Assembly (NCBI GenBank): GCA_951406725.2
Contig: OX597820.1
Span: forward strand, 24,242,001 to 24,306,000
Source: Octopus vulgaris
Taxonomy: Eukaryota
Direction: 5' to 3'
Length of the DNA stretch: 64,000 nt
Numbering within the stretch: position 1 is the first letter of the stretch; each line of letters starts with the position of its first letter. Position numbers and translations under genes: made by a program. Of this stretch, positions 27,590 to 40,701 are shown in pieces. The notes below the pieces were generated by a model that had not been told where the DNA came from, ran no database searches, and saw nothing but the letters and a program-made list of their open reading frames with translations.

Positions 27590-27658
27590 CAAAGAATTTG
27601 AGATGAACTCACCTGTTTCAGCATTGCTAAAACAAGTCAGTTCATCTCAAATTCTTTG
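27590..27658. repeat. 69-nt near-perfect hairpin
   Basis: CAAAGAATTTGAGATGAACT..AGTTCATCTCAAATTCTTTG is a perfect 20-bp outer stem; the inner part is also largely self-complementary. Confidence 0.9.
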
Positions 27659-28885
27659 CCATCCATCCATTTACCATCTCTCACTTTCGTTCTTTCTTTC
27701 TTTCTTTCTTTCTTTTTTTCTTTCTTTCTTTCTTTCTTTCTTTGTCTGTCTGTCTATGTATGTATGTATGTATGTATGTATGTATGTATGTATGTATGTA
27801 TGTATGTATACATGCATGCATGCATGCATGCATGTATGTATGCATGCATGCATGTATGTATGTATGTATGTATGTATGTATGTATGTATTTATCTATCTA
27901 TCTATCTGAACATCTGTGCATCTATCCCTCCAATTGTCTATCACCTGTTACTATCTAACACTACATGTGTGTGTGTGTAGGTATGCGTAAGTGTCTTTCA
28001 ATATGTGTTGAACGTATATACTTTTAAACGTAGCTTTCTTCTAAACACACACACACAGACACTCTATTTGTAGTTACGAACAAAATAAGTGTACTTATTC
28101 CACACAAACAGAGTGCAATATATATTAGGCTATAGTGCTTACGGTCAACGCCAACTCTTTACGGCTTCAAGTTTTTTACTATGGGAGTAATGCTTTACTG
28201 CTGCTCTAATCATAAAAGTAGCCAAAAGTGATCTTTGCACTATAGTTACACTTAGTCACCAATATGATTAGTGTTACGGTGCGACAATGCTTCTTTTGCA
28301 CGAAGCCGGATATCAATGGAAAGTTAGCGACGACTCTCTCTCCGTCTCCCTCCTCTCGCTCACTCTGTATATATATATATATATGCAATACCAAAAACAT
28401 ATATGATATATGATATATGTTATATGATGTATAAAACATGTAACATACAAATAAATATCTTTAAACATAAAACCATCCGAATTTCTGAGTACTTCATTTC
28501 TTCTAATATAAAATACCTGTACATCATCTCCAAACCTTCTAATATATATTACAATTAATGAGAGGAATGACCACTAAAGGGTATTCCTATACGCTAGAGA
28601 TAGACGTCAAATCGCCTTACCACAGAGTCTAGAACTATACCTTTTCTGTTTTAAAACACATGAAAAATTATTTTTGAGTGTTTTTTATGGGGTTGGAACT
28701 GATTAATTATTTTTTAGTTAATTTCAATGGGGAAACTTGATTTGTAAAACGAGTAAATCGTAAGACGAGCTCGGTCATGAAACAAATTAAACTCGTACTG
28801 CGAGGTATCACATCATTTTATTGAAAAAATAAAAACCTAAAAAAAAAAAATTGTGTATGTTGATGACGGTGAACTTACCGGACTT

Positions 28886-29170
28886 GGACGTATGGCTTAG
28901 TGGTTTTTGTGCTGTACTTATGATCGCGAGTTCATGATTTCGATTCCCACACGGGGTTGTGCGTTGCGTCCTTGAGCAAAACATTTCAATTTAAGTTGCT
29001 CTGTACAAGAGTATGGTTGTGCACCTGTACAGGTAGTATCGATTTGACGTAGGGAGTGAACTTATATTCAACACAAACATTTGATTACTATAGACGAATC
29101 ATCTGCGTGGTTGTTCGGCAAGAAAAAGTCGAAACCTCATACCCCGTCCAACGACGGGAGAGTCCATGAT
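28886..29170 (+). mobile_element. Degenerate tRNA-derived CORE-like SINE (family D)
   Basis: TGGCTTAGTGGTT A-box, TTCGATTCC B-box and GTCCTTGAGCAA core. Confidence 0.6.
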
Positions 29171-29486
29171 GTTTGCATGCATATTTGCATGTGTGAATAT
29201 GTGTACGTGTTATTTTTGTTGTTGTTGCTGCTGTTGTTGTTGTAGCAGCTGTTTTGTCCCCAGGTCATCTCCGATCGACGGGATAGATATTCGTTTAAGA
29301 GGTATTTAGGGTTAAAGTCTATGATACAAATCTGCCCTCTTCGATGCGAGTTGAATGAACTTTGAGGAAGATGTAGCTACTATTTCTAACAGATCAATCA
29401 CCTTTTGATAAGGAGTGCTCATATAACGCAATGATCAATCTCACAGATTCTTCCTCGATGTTTCGACCTGTGTCAGCTGCGTGCGT

Positions 29487-29533
<47 letters not shown>

Positions 29534-29893
29534 TGCGAGTGTTTCTGTGTTTCTGTGTGTTTGTGCGTGTGCATGCATGCATGTGCACGTCTCTGCATAC
29601 ATATGTTCCTGTATGTATTCATGCAAGCGTGTATGTATGTATGAATGTATGTAGTGTATATATGTATGCAAATATATATATATATATATAAATATATGTT
29701 TGTGTGTGTGTGTGTACGTGTGTATGTTTATGTATGTGCGTGCTTAAAGTTCATGACATTAAACGAACATGTCTTCTAAAATTGGTTACCAATCAGCAAA
29801 TGACATTCAAGAGATGAAAAAAACTTTTAAAAAGCCATATATATATATATATATGAATATAAATGCATACATACATGCATACATACATACATA

Positions 29894-29980
<87 letters not shown>

Positions 29981-30502
29981 GCTATTTTTGTTTTAGTTAA
30001 TATTGAACAGTTAAATGTCAGTGACATAACCCTTCTTATCAATATGCTTACAAGAACCACTATAATGGACCAATAAGCATATATAATAGCATTTATGTTT
30101 ATATTCTATTCGTGTACGGGTGTCGATACGCGCATCAGAGCATCAATTTTGTTGGCGTTGTTGATGTTGTTTTGCTTTAAGAGCAGCATTTCACCAGTTC
30201 CTTTTTCTAGACAATAGCGTAATTTTGAGTGAAATTTAGCTGCTATATCTAGCAAGTATTTAATTTGGGCCACCCTTCAATGATTTGTTCTTCGTGTTTT
30301 TGTGGTTGTTGTCGTTATCGTTGCGTAACTCCAAGCGTTTTAGTTACGGTCATTCTGTTTATGTTTTTCTCTTTCTGCTCGGGCATCGTCTGAACACTCA
30401 GAAACGTGTCTTTACGTTTTTAAGACGGTAGAATGTAATTCGAGGAAAATTTAGCTGCAATATCTACCTGGTCGAGTAACCACGTTGAACTCTTTCTCAA
30501 TA

Positions 30503-30908
30503 GGTGCAGGAGTGGCTGTGTGGTAAGTAGCTTGCTTATCAACCACATGGTTCCAGGTTCATACCCACTGCGTGGCATCTTGGGCAAGTGTCTTCAACTA
30601 TAGCCTCTGGCCGACAAAAGCCTTGTGAGCAGATTTGGTAGACGGAAACTGAAAGAAGCCCGTCGTATATATATATGTATGTGTGTGTATAAGTTTGTGT
30701 GTCTTTGCTTGTACCCCAACATCGCTTGACAACCGATGGTGGTATGTTTACGTCCCCGTAACCTAGCGGTTCGGCAAAAGAGACCGATGGAATAAGTACT
30801 AGGCTTCCAAAGAATGAGTTCTGGGGTCGATTTGCTCGACTAAATGTGGTGCTCCAGCATGGCCGCAGTCAAATGACTGAAACAAGTAGAAGAGTAAAAG
30901 AGTAAAAT
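30503..30908 (+). mobile_element. SINE family B, full length
   Basis: GGTGCAGGAGTGGCTGTGTGGTAAG head through GAGTAAAAGAGTAAAA tail. Confidence 0.92.
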
Positions 30909-31967
30909 AATGTCTCTTGTTTTTGCTGTTGTTTATCAGCAAATCAACCTCTGTTCGAACGGACAGATGATCAAAAGCGCTCCAGCTGTGGCCATCCCAT
31001 TTGTTTTTCTTCAGATATGGTGTACATATAAGAACTTTAAACAATATGTCCTAAATTTTCTAAGATAAAAGAGTTTAATTTAAGGGAAAATTTGCTCCTA
31101 TTTTTAAACGACCAATCAATAGTATAGATTCACCTTTCTTGGCTGCCTCAAAATGTGTGCTGCTTTTACTTAGCCCTTGGTCAGGCCTGACTGAGCAGAT
31201 CTATGAACTAATAAGCTGCAGTTGTGGTCATACGAATTTTATCTAGGACACATTTTTTCTCTGTCCATATCATCCATTTTGAATCGCTCTCTATTTAGAC
31301 GGTCATGCGTGATTTGAAAGAGGTTTAGCTGCTGTTTCTAGCAGTCAGTTCCTGTCAACTCGGATACATGAATTTGTTCGTTTGTTTGTTTATGTGTGTG
31401 TACTTTGTCGCTTGCTTTCTGTGCACCTCTGTATGTGCATCTCCATGCGTTTATGCGTGTGTGTGTGTGTGTGCGCGCTAGTGCGTGTATGTGTGTTTGT
31501 ACTTGGACATGTGTGCATATGTATGCCTGTATCAACAACAGCCACATAAGTGCAAAATACAAAACGAACTTAATGGAACCGCATAGTCCAGCGTTTATAT
31601 AAATTTCAAAGTTTATGACAGATTAACTCTCAAATCCTGTACGAGCAACATGCTACATACATACATACATACATACATACATACATACATACATACATAC
31701 ATAAATACATAAATACATACATACATACATACGTACGTACAATCATGCATACATGCATACATACATATATGCAAGTATGCATACATACATATACACACAT
31801 TTATATATGTAGGAAAGGCATGTACGAAGTACTTACGTATGTATGTTTGTATGTATGTAAGTATGCGTGCTTGTATGCATGTATAGATACATGTATGTAT
31901 ACATACATGCATATATATTTGCATTTACATATACAAATAAAACATATGCACATTATATATATATATT

Positions 31968-32935
31968 TCTTTATATATATAAAACTGAGAATGTGTGTGT
32001 GTCTGTCTGTCTGTGTGTTTCCCTAAAACTTGAGAACTACTCAACCAATTTCATTCAAATTTTACTTAGGGTCCGGGGAGTGTCATCGGCAAATTTATTT
32101 TTTAACTTTTTGCCTAGGGCGAGCCCTCAGCAATATCATATCTTCTCCACTACGATTCCTTAAAACTTGAGAACTACACAACCAATTCCATTCAAATTTT
32201 ATACATGCCTTACTGAGGGTCCATGTAGTTTCATCTTCAACTTCTTGCCTAGAGCGAGCCCATAGCAATATCATATCTTCTCCACTATTTCAGTATTATT
32301 TGTTAAAAGTGAACCAAAAACGTTTATCTATTTTATTATACTTTCACTTTAACAATAAAAGTAATAATAACAATTGAATTATATGTGGTAAGTAATAATT
32401 AAAATCAAACTAAAGTATAATATAATCGTAACATAACAAAAGTAAAAATAGCAATTGGTATAAAATTGCATCAATGACTTGAACTTGGATAAGTGGTTTC
32501 ACATGAATGGGAATAAATTAAAAATAAAATTAGCGTGCAGAAATGGAATAGTCCAGATGGATAATAAAAAATTAAATTAAAGAAAAGACTATTGTCTGTA
32601 AAGTATACAATGTAGAGAAAAAAGATTTGAACACATAGAGGAAAGCACCATCGAAAAGTGTGTTGGTGCGACTATGAAAGGTATCTAATCAGAGGCGGTA
32701 AATTCGCCACAGTAGAAGCAAGATTCGAGTCAACGGAGCGTGCAAGGGAGTACTCGACTCGAACTTGCAAATTGGAAACATTTTATTTTTACCTTTACAT
32801 CTGGGACGTAGGACGTCCCGGAAAAAAATCTAAAATGCCCCCCCACCAGAAGTAGAGGTAGGCTGGATTGTAGCCACACTTCTATACAAGAGGGAGGACA
32901 AGATACAATTGATCGAAATTACAAGAGACGGGCTA
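31968..32935 (+). mobile_element. Helitron-like element with internal about 135-bp tandem duplication; 3' end uncertain
   Basis: TCTTTATATATATAAAACTGAG + (TG/TCTG)n start is typical of Helitron 5' ends; TAAAACTTGAGAACTAC.. is repeated at about 32024 and 32161. Confidence 0.55.
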
Positions 32936-33306
32936 ACAATTCCAATCTGTTATATATTTTGAGTATTGTTATCACTAGCGATATCAAAATATAACTTTGT
33001 ATTTTGTATTTTATGTGTAGATGTATATATATAGATATACATGTAATATGTACACATATATATACACATATATATATGCACTAGCTATGGGCTCCGTGTG
33101 AGCAGTCATCTAAAAGTTTTGTTCATCTTGATGCTGACATAAGTTCCTTGTTTTTCCTGATGAGAAGGCGGCATAATGCACCCCTTATTCCTTCGAAATT
33201 AGGAAATGCAGCCTTCGAAACATATTTCGAGAATAAAGGAATTTTGTTAATTCGTCGTTCAACTCCATTCTTTCATTTATATATATATATATATATACAT
33301 ATATAT

Positions 33307-33730
33307 ACAACTTATAAACAAGGGCAAAAGAAACTAGACACATCATCCATAACCATATAATTCATCACTATAAGCACACGTATCGAAAAAAGCCGACAGA
33401 ATTTTCTAAAAAATTCCGTTATTACCATATCGGACCCGATTTCAGAGTTAATTCATAAGAACCTTCTCTTCGTCAGTAATAAATGCGACAAAGAAATAAA
33501 TGAAATACTTATACCCATGGAAGAAGCAAACACTAAGTCATGAGCACAATTAAGTACCCCCGATTTCTGTCGGCTTTCTTCGAGATACGTGCTTATAGTG
33601 ATGAATTATATGGTTATGGACGATGTGTCTAGTTTCAGCACATTTGGCATTGAGAAATGTTTTTCTTTTGCCCTTGTTTATAAGTTGTTTATAAATTTAA
33701 CCTTTAAAGGTATTTTTAATATGCTGGCTA
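33307..33730 (-). mobile_element. PLE-type inverted-repeat element enclosing a hammerhead (about 33421-33482)
   Basis: About 95-bp inverted arms. Inside on the minus strand: TTATTA-CTGACGA-AGAG[18 nt]CTCT-GAAATCGGGTCCGATA-TGGTAA. Confidence 0.72.
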
Positions 33731-33769
33731 TTGAAAAAAAATGTTTTCGAAAATTTTATCCTATATTAG

Positions 33770-33826
<57 letters not shown>

Positions 33827-34280
33827 TGTGTGTGTGTGTGTGTATATGTTGTGCCCCCAACATCGCTTGACAACCGATAGTGGTGTGTTTGCGTCCCCGT
33901 AACTTAGCGATTCGGCAAACGAGAACCGATAGAATAAGTTCTAGGCTTACAAAGAATAAGTCGTGGGGTCGATTTGCTCGACTGAAGGCGGTGCTCCAGC
34001 ATGGCCGCAGTTCAATGACTGAAACAAGTAAAAAAAAAAAAAATATATATATGTATGTATGTATATATACACACACATGTATATATTAAATATGTGTAAA
34101 CAAAACCTCATATACAGGTGCACACACTCAGACACAGATATATCAGGTACTACCGAGATATTCACCCATTAAGTTAAGACCTAAGAAGTTTTCATCATCT
34201 TAATTGCTCAACTTAATATATAACAAAGTATGTCATGATATTATAACACACACACACACACACACACACATACACACATG

Positions 34281-34325
<45 letters not shown>

Positions 34326-34356
34326 ATGATGTATGTGCAACGAAATTATAGTATAA

Positions 34357-35149
34357 CTAGCAGCATAGCCCGGCGTTGCCCGGGTATGTAAGAGCCCCTA
34401 GTAGGCAACGACTAATCCCAATCTAGTCCTTTCCCTCTAGGAAACGAAGGCGCATGTGTAGGTTGCAATGTCTTCTCTTCACTCGAATACTTCTGTGTAT
34501 ACGAATGTTCCTAGCTGTCCCTTTGGGCGATAAAAAGGTCGAGTTGTGTTCCCTAGACGGTTTGTGTTTAATACACAAATCGGTTTGCTATGTGTGCAAC
34601 ATATGATTTAATTAACCGATTTTTTCCAGTAATAAAGTATCCTATTGAAATAAAAAGAGCCATATAGCTCCTTGGAGCAGATATGATGCTCGCTGTGAAT
34701 TAAAAAAAAATTCCTGCTAATTTGTGAAAGATATTGTCGAAAAGATGTCATCTTGAATTTGAACGCGATTTCCCAAAATGGCATGATTTTATCGATTTTT
34801 TTCTGATGGTAAGGTATTGCATGGAAAACTAACATCAGAATTAAGTTTCTTAGGGTAACATTAAGCTTCACCATGAGTTTGGTGAAAATCGATTGCAAGT
34901 TGCGAAAACTACAACAGAAAATGTGTTGCATATAAAAAGATTCTCGACCCCATGTCGAATTTATCGATTTTATTTAGAACTGGGGGAACTTTTAAAAAGT
35001 TTCGCTGCGTTAGTTTTGAATTATGACATTGGGCTATGTGTGTGTCAAGTTTCATCAGAATCGGTTGAAAGCCGTGGCCAGGGTGAGGGTACAACCTGAC
35101 AGACACACAGACACACAGACAGACAAACTGCCGTTTATATATAGAGAGA
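34357..35149 (-). mobile_element. Non-autonomous Helitron
   Basis: 5' A|TCTCTCTATATATAAACGGC and 3' CCCGGGCAACGCCGGG hairpin followed by CTAG|T. Confidence 0.82.
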
Positions 35150-36234
35150 TTATATACACGCATGCATTCATACATCTATAGATTTTGCACTCGCATACAT
35201 ACACTGACACAGGCATATATAAATATACATAGAATAAATACTTTAAAAAATTCATAAATATATATAATTATGCGTATATGTAAATATATATACGCATGCA
35301 AATACATTCATATATTACACATATCCAAAGTCATACATATAAAGAAATGTGCATACGCATACACATACATATACATGCACACATCGATAGACACATATAA
35401 ATATACACATAAATATATGTATACATCCGTACATACATACACATATACGTATACGTGTACACACGTTCATACACACACATATGTATAAACACACAGAGTG
35501 TATATAAAGCATCTTTATTGAACCAAATTGTTTTATTCACTCTTTTATTCCTCTCCTTAAATTTGAAGTATTTCTGTTAAGAATCTATTTTGAGAGAAAA
35601 ACCATTGATCAAATTGTCTTTCTATGTGTTTCATAACCAGCCTAATATTATGTTTCTTCCCCAAATAGTACAACATATTCACTTCTTTCTATTGTTCCCA
35701 ACTTAATAGGAAGTTATTAATGCATAAAACAAAACTAAATTTAGTTTTGTATGTATTTCCAATTCAGCACAAATTGAACTTTCTTTTATAATTCCTGGCT
35801 TGGTCAGAGGCAGAGGTTTCGTAATCATAACTATTTTGTAGGGCCAATGAAAATAGTGAAGGGAAAGAGAAGAGCTATCGCATTTTTTCGCATACAAGTC
35901 GAAATTTTTAGACTAAAATTAGCATCAATAAAAATAGTAGGTCGACTTATACACTAAAACAACTTTGGATGAACGAAATTTCATGCGAAATGCAGTAGGA
36001 TTTAAAAAGATAGTGACACTGAATGTTTACACTACGTACTTGCACTATAATACTACATCGACTTGTATGCCAGGAAATATAATAGTTCTAGACTGGTTAC
36101 TTGGTCCGAAAGTTTGCAACGGAGTAGATATTGCCTATGTTATCTAAAGGCCTGTTGGTGGTGTTAAATCGGATGACTAATTGAGACTAGCCTTCTTCGT
36201 GTTTTCCGTGGAAGAACTCGTCCAAGACTACTGA

Positions 36235-36537
36235 CATATCAACGACGTGGGTTCCAGTTGATCCGCTCAACAGAACAGCCGGCTCGTGACAATGTGCAAG
36301 TGGCTGAGCACTCCACAGACACGAGTACCCTTAACGTAATTCTCGGGGAGATTCAGCGTTGCACAGAACATGACAAGGCCAACTCTTTGAATTACTGATA
36401 CTACTCATTTTTGGCTGCTGAGTGGACTAGAACAACGTGTATTGAGTATCTTGCTCAAGGACATGACGCATCGTCAGGAGTCGAACTCATCACGTCTTAG
36501 TCGTGAGCCGATTACCCTAACCACCAAGCCACGCGAC
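36235..36537 (-). mobile_element. tRNA-derived CORE-like SINE (family D)
   Basis: TGGCTTGGTGGTTAGGG A-box, GAGTTCGACTCC B-box and GTCCTTGAGCAAGATACT core. Confidence 0.75.
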
Positions 36538-36579
36538 TTTACACTGACTTATCACGTCAGTGCAAAAATATATAATTTG

Positions 36580-37240
36580 TACTTCGAGAACGAAAGTGGT
36601 TGTGGGGGGTGGTTAGTCAATCATATAGACCCCAGTACCTGACTGGTACTTAATTAATCGACCCCGAAAAGATAAAAAGCAAAGTAGACCTCGACGGAAT
36701 TTGAACTCAAAACGTAGCGACAGGTGAAATGCCACTAAGTATTTCGTCCAGTGCGCTAACATTTCTTATTTCTTTACTGTCCACAAGGGGCCACACACCA
36801 AGGGGACAAACAAGGACAGACACACGGATTAAGTCGATTACATCGACTCCAGTGCGTAACTGGTACTTAATTTACCGACCTCGAAAGGATGAAAGGCAAA
36901 GTCGACCTCGGCGGATTTGAACTCAGAACGTAGCGGCAGATGAAATAACGCTAAGCATTTCGCCCGGCGTGCTAACGTTTCGGCCAGCTTGCCGCCTTAA
37001 CTGGTGTTAAAATAAGAGAAGACATGAAAGCGGAGATCTGGCAGAATCGTTATCACGCCGGACAAAATGCTTAGCGGCATTTCGTCCGTCTTTACGTTCT
37101 GAGTTCAAATTCCGCTGCAGTCGACTTTGTCTTTCATCTTTTCAAGGTTGATAAAATAAGTTCTGTATGAATACTGGGGTCGAAGTAATCGACATATCCC
37201 TCCCTTGAAACTGCTGGCCTTGTGTCAAAATTTGAAATAA
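36580..37240. mobile_element. SINE A dimer (-, 36580-36997) head-to-head with SINE A (+, 37030-37240)
   Basis: Family A motifs in opposite orientations about 30 bp apart. Confidence 0.88.
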
Positions 37241-37693
37241 AACTAATAGAAAATATCTACGCAAGAAAGCCGCAGAGTGTGATCGAACCCACGAACAAAG
37301 GTGCTGATTCAGCATACTTCTTAACAGCATCACCATGCATGTTGTAAAAAACAGCAATACATTTCAAATTTACTGTAGCGTCAATACTTACGCATGAAAA
37401 ACGATTTTAAGAAAAGAAGATTAGGCGATAGACTAATCAATACCAGCTGTTTCATACGCGAGACACTACGTTAATTTAAATGTAAAAATAAAGTTGACCT
37501 GACTAACCGGAACACCTGTTGAAGAGATATTTCTTCGCTTTCTTTTTATATCGCAAGATTTCAAATGCTGCTGGAGGTTGTGGTGGAGCGATTGTCTGTT
37601 ATATTTTGTTTACACGTAGCTCAAGCGAAAAAATCTCGATCAGCCTGTTATTTCTTCTCTTTTTTTCCCTATCGTTTTCGTTTCTTCCATATA

Positions 37694-37929
37694 CAGTAAA
37701 CCCTCGCCATATCGCGGTTTGCCTATCGCGGTTCACATATCGCGGTTTATTGTTTAAGCTTACGTTGATATCTCCGTGGTGTTGTTTCGTATTTATAATA
37801 AAATAGATATATACAAATTATAAAAATAATAAAAAAGATATACAGTACAGTACTGTTTCTACTTTGCAGATTTTCATCTATCGCGGTGTGTTTTCGAACG
37901 TAACACCCGCGATAATCGAGGGATTACTG
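37694..37929. mobile_element. Tc1/mariner-pogo (Tigger-like) MITE
   Basis: TA|CAGTAAACCCTCG ... CGAGGGATTACTG|TA: terminal inverted repeats, TA TSD and internal ATCGCGG subrepeats. Confidence 0.85.
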
Positions 37930-37937
37930 TACATACT

Positions 37938-38167
37938 TCTTTCTACTTTAAGTACAAAGCCTGAAATGTTGCGTGTGTGTTGGGGATGGGGAGAGAATAG
38001 TCGATTACATCGACCCCAGTGTTTCACTGGTACTTAATTTATCGACCCTGAAAGGATGAAAGGTAAAGTCGACCTCGGCGGAATTCGAACTCAGAACGTT
38101 AGCAGTAGATGAAATAGCGCTAAGCATTTCACCCGGCGTGCTAACGACTCTGCCAGATCACCGCCTT
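37938..38167 (-). mobile_element. SINE family A
   Basis: Full head and central domain. Confidence 0.88.
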
Positions 38168-38507
38168 GGATTAATGTAGATAATAGCGAAGGCGTATGGC
38201 TAAGTGGTTAAATTACTGGACTTACTATTACAAGGTCGTAGTTAAGATTCGTGGATCGATTTGCACGTTGTCTCCTTGAGGAAGGGACTTAATTTCACGT
38301 AGAGAATGAATACTAGTCTAGTGTTAACGCAGCTCTCTCCCTTCTCTTGATACACTCGGGTTGTTCCGCTGAGTCGAGATGTTCTATGTTTACTCACGGC
38401 GCTGTAGGTAAAAACGATAAGCGAAAGTACAGTGACGTGTCACCAAGTTATACTCTCTTACGAATTGTGGTTGTAGTTCAGATTAATATAACTTTGATAA
38501 CATTGAT

Positions 38508-39047
38508 CATCATCATTGTTCGACCGTGGTCGAGACAATGGAATTTACCATGCTACGCCAGACTTCACGGTCCATCATGGTATTACGGAGGTCCTGTTGC
38601 TGGATGCCTGTATCCCTGGAGATTACATCAGGGTAGGAGAGTGTGCGCCCTCTGGTATTGCGAGTAGATGGCTTCCAGAGGAGAAGAGTAGAAATTACTT
38701 CTTTTTCAGCTCTACAACAATGTCCAGCAAACTGGACTCTCCTACCTTTCACAAGAGATGACACAGGTGGTAGTTTCTCATATATTTGCATTTTGGTTGG
38801 ATGGTGCTTCCACGAGAGATTTTGAGCTCTCATAAGGAGGCGAGTGTAGGTTCCATCCAACCGCCTCTCAAGCTTCTTTGATAACGTCCAGGTTTCTGAG
38901 CCATATAGTAGAATTTGTTCAACTGTGGCTTTGAAGATTTCAAGTTTGAAGTCTCTACTTAGATTTGATGACCAGATCTTATGCATATCATTACGGGCTG
39001 ACCAGGCCATACCCTTTCTATGGCCTGGTCAGCCTGTAATGACATGC
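38508..39047 (-). mobile_element. 5'-truncated RTE-clade LINE (RT C-terminal ORF 38513-39010) with TSD
   Basis: LLYGSETWTL..FAGHCCR..DREVWR motifs and (TGA)n tail. TSD ATAACATTGAT at 38497-38507 and 39048-39058. Confidence 0.92.
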
Positions 39048-39058
39048 ATAACATTGAT

Positions 39059-39551
39059 AGGTTTCGGCAAGTATAGGCCCAGGCCATGTCTAACTCAATA
39101 GCACCACATGGTGAAGTCTTTTATTCATATATGGGGCACTATAGCCCACTCTAGCAAAGAGTTATTATGGTTGGAGACATATCCGAGTGTAGGAGGTTGG
39201 TCCCGGATTTTTTGAAGAAATTTGTCCAGTGAACATTTGAATTCTATGGGATCCGTTTCCATTTTGGCATATTTTGGTATGGACCGGTTGAGGTAATGTA
39301 ATTGTGACGTAATGTTGTTATGTGTACGGAGTTCGATTTTCGTAGTGGGCAGATAGCACGGGAGCCAAGTCTTGGATGGATTTTAAAATTGATGCCAACA
39401 GCATTTGTGCAATATTGATGGAAAATTTTCCACATAACACAAATGATGTAGCGCTACTGGTGGCATTGGAGAGAGTAGAGATCGAGGTTTTTAGGCGACC
39501 CCAATAATCAATGCCTCTCATGCCGTCTATCTTTCTTGTCATTGACCTCAT
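39059..39551 (-). mobile_element. CR1-group LINE 3' fragment (frameshifted)
   Basis: RSMTRKIDG..YWGRLK/LYSLQR..MWKI..HPRLG..GP and FKCSLDKFLQKIRDQP..GY..NSL motifs. Confidence 0.8.
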
Positions 39552-40320
39552 TTGCTGCCGTTTGAAACTTCGCTTGCGCAGTGAATTTGAAAAATTATAA
39601 TATATAATAAGACACGTGTTATTCTTTCTCTTAATTATGTTAGTGTTTTGGCGTAGGCATTGATGAGAACATCGCCTAGCAAATTATTTTATTTGCTAAT
39701 TAGAGTTTGAAATCTAGGTATGGCTGTAAAAAACAAGGTAAACTTTTTTTTATTTTTCATTCCCTCTGAAATTGTTCTTAAATTTGGTTTTGGGCGTTTT
39801 GACTGCTCCTTCTAGCGTGTAACATTTGCCTATTAAGGATCGCCTTTTTTTTGTTTAAATATACACTAATTTTATATGAAAAATATGTTGTCTATTGACT
39901 TTTTATACATGCTAGGCCACTGCTAGTGAAATTTCTAAAATTTTGGCTATATATAAGATTTTACTAATTTCGGAAGTTTATTCGGCATTTTTCCTTTGCT
40001 GCCGATTGAAACTGCGCTTGAGCGGTGAATTTGAAAAATTATAATATATAATAAGACACGTGTTATTCTGTCTCTAAATTATATGGTTAGTATTTTGGCG
40101 TAGCATTTGATGAGAACCTCACCTAGCAAATTATTTTATTTGCTAATTAGAGTTCGAAATCTAGGTATGGCTGTAAAAATAAGGTAACATTTTTATTTTT
40201 CATTCTCTTCGAAATTGCTCTTAAATTTGGTTTTGGACGTTTTGACTGCTCTTTCTAGCGTGTAAGGCTGCATGTTAAGGATCGCCTTTCTTGTGTGTTT
40301 AAATGTACACTAATTTATAT
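39551..40320 (+). repeat. Tandem duplication, about 444-bp unit (about 1.7 copies)
   Basis: TTTGCTGCCG.TTGAAACT.CGCTTG.GC.GTGAATTTGAAAAATTATAAT.. at 39551 and about 39995. Confidence 0.9.
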
Positions 40321-40486
40321 GGAATATATATATATATACGACAAGCTTCTTTCAGTTTTCGCCTACCAAATACACTTACAAGACTTTGGTCGGTCCGAGG
40401 CTATAGTAGACGACACTTGACCAAGGTGTCGCGCAGTGGGACTGAACCTAGAAGCAAGCTTCTTATCACCCACCCACGCCTCCGCT

Positions 40487-40553
<67 letters not shown>

Positions 40554-40701
40554 TTTTAGGGAATAAAAATTTCGGCATAACAAAGGTTCAAATTATTCTC
40601 AATGAAGAAATGTATTTTGATTTAGAGATAGCAAGCCCCTACATCTCACCGAATAAAAAGAATTTTTATTTTTATTTTAAATACCTACTATTTTATTCCT
40701 T

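Noticed and set aside
27606-27614. Minus-strand donor CAG|GTGAGT
   Set aside because: Lies within the 69-nt palindrome, and no acceptor upstream defines an exon.
28143-28205. Minus-strand AG..GTAAGC exon-like segment
   Set aside because: Stops in all three frames; no other support.
37392-37596. Two further minus-strand exon-like segments (also 14222-14305 and 11770-11836)
   Set aside because: Splice sites are only moderate and the peptides are unrecognisable; the expected chance rate in AT-rich DNA is too high to call them.
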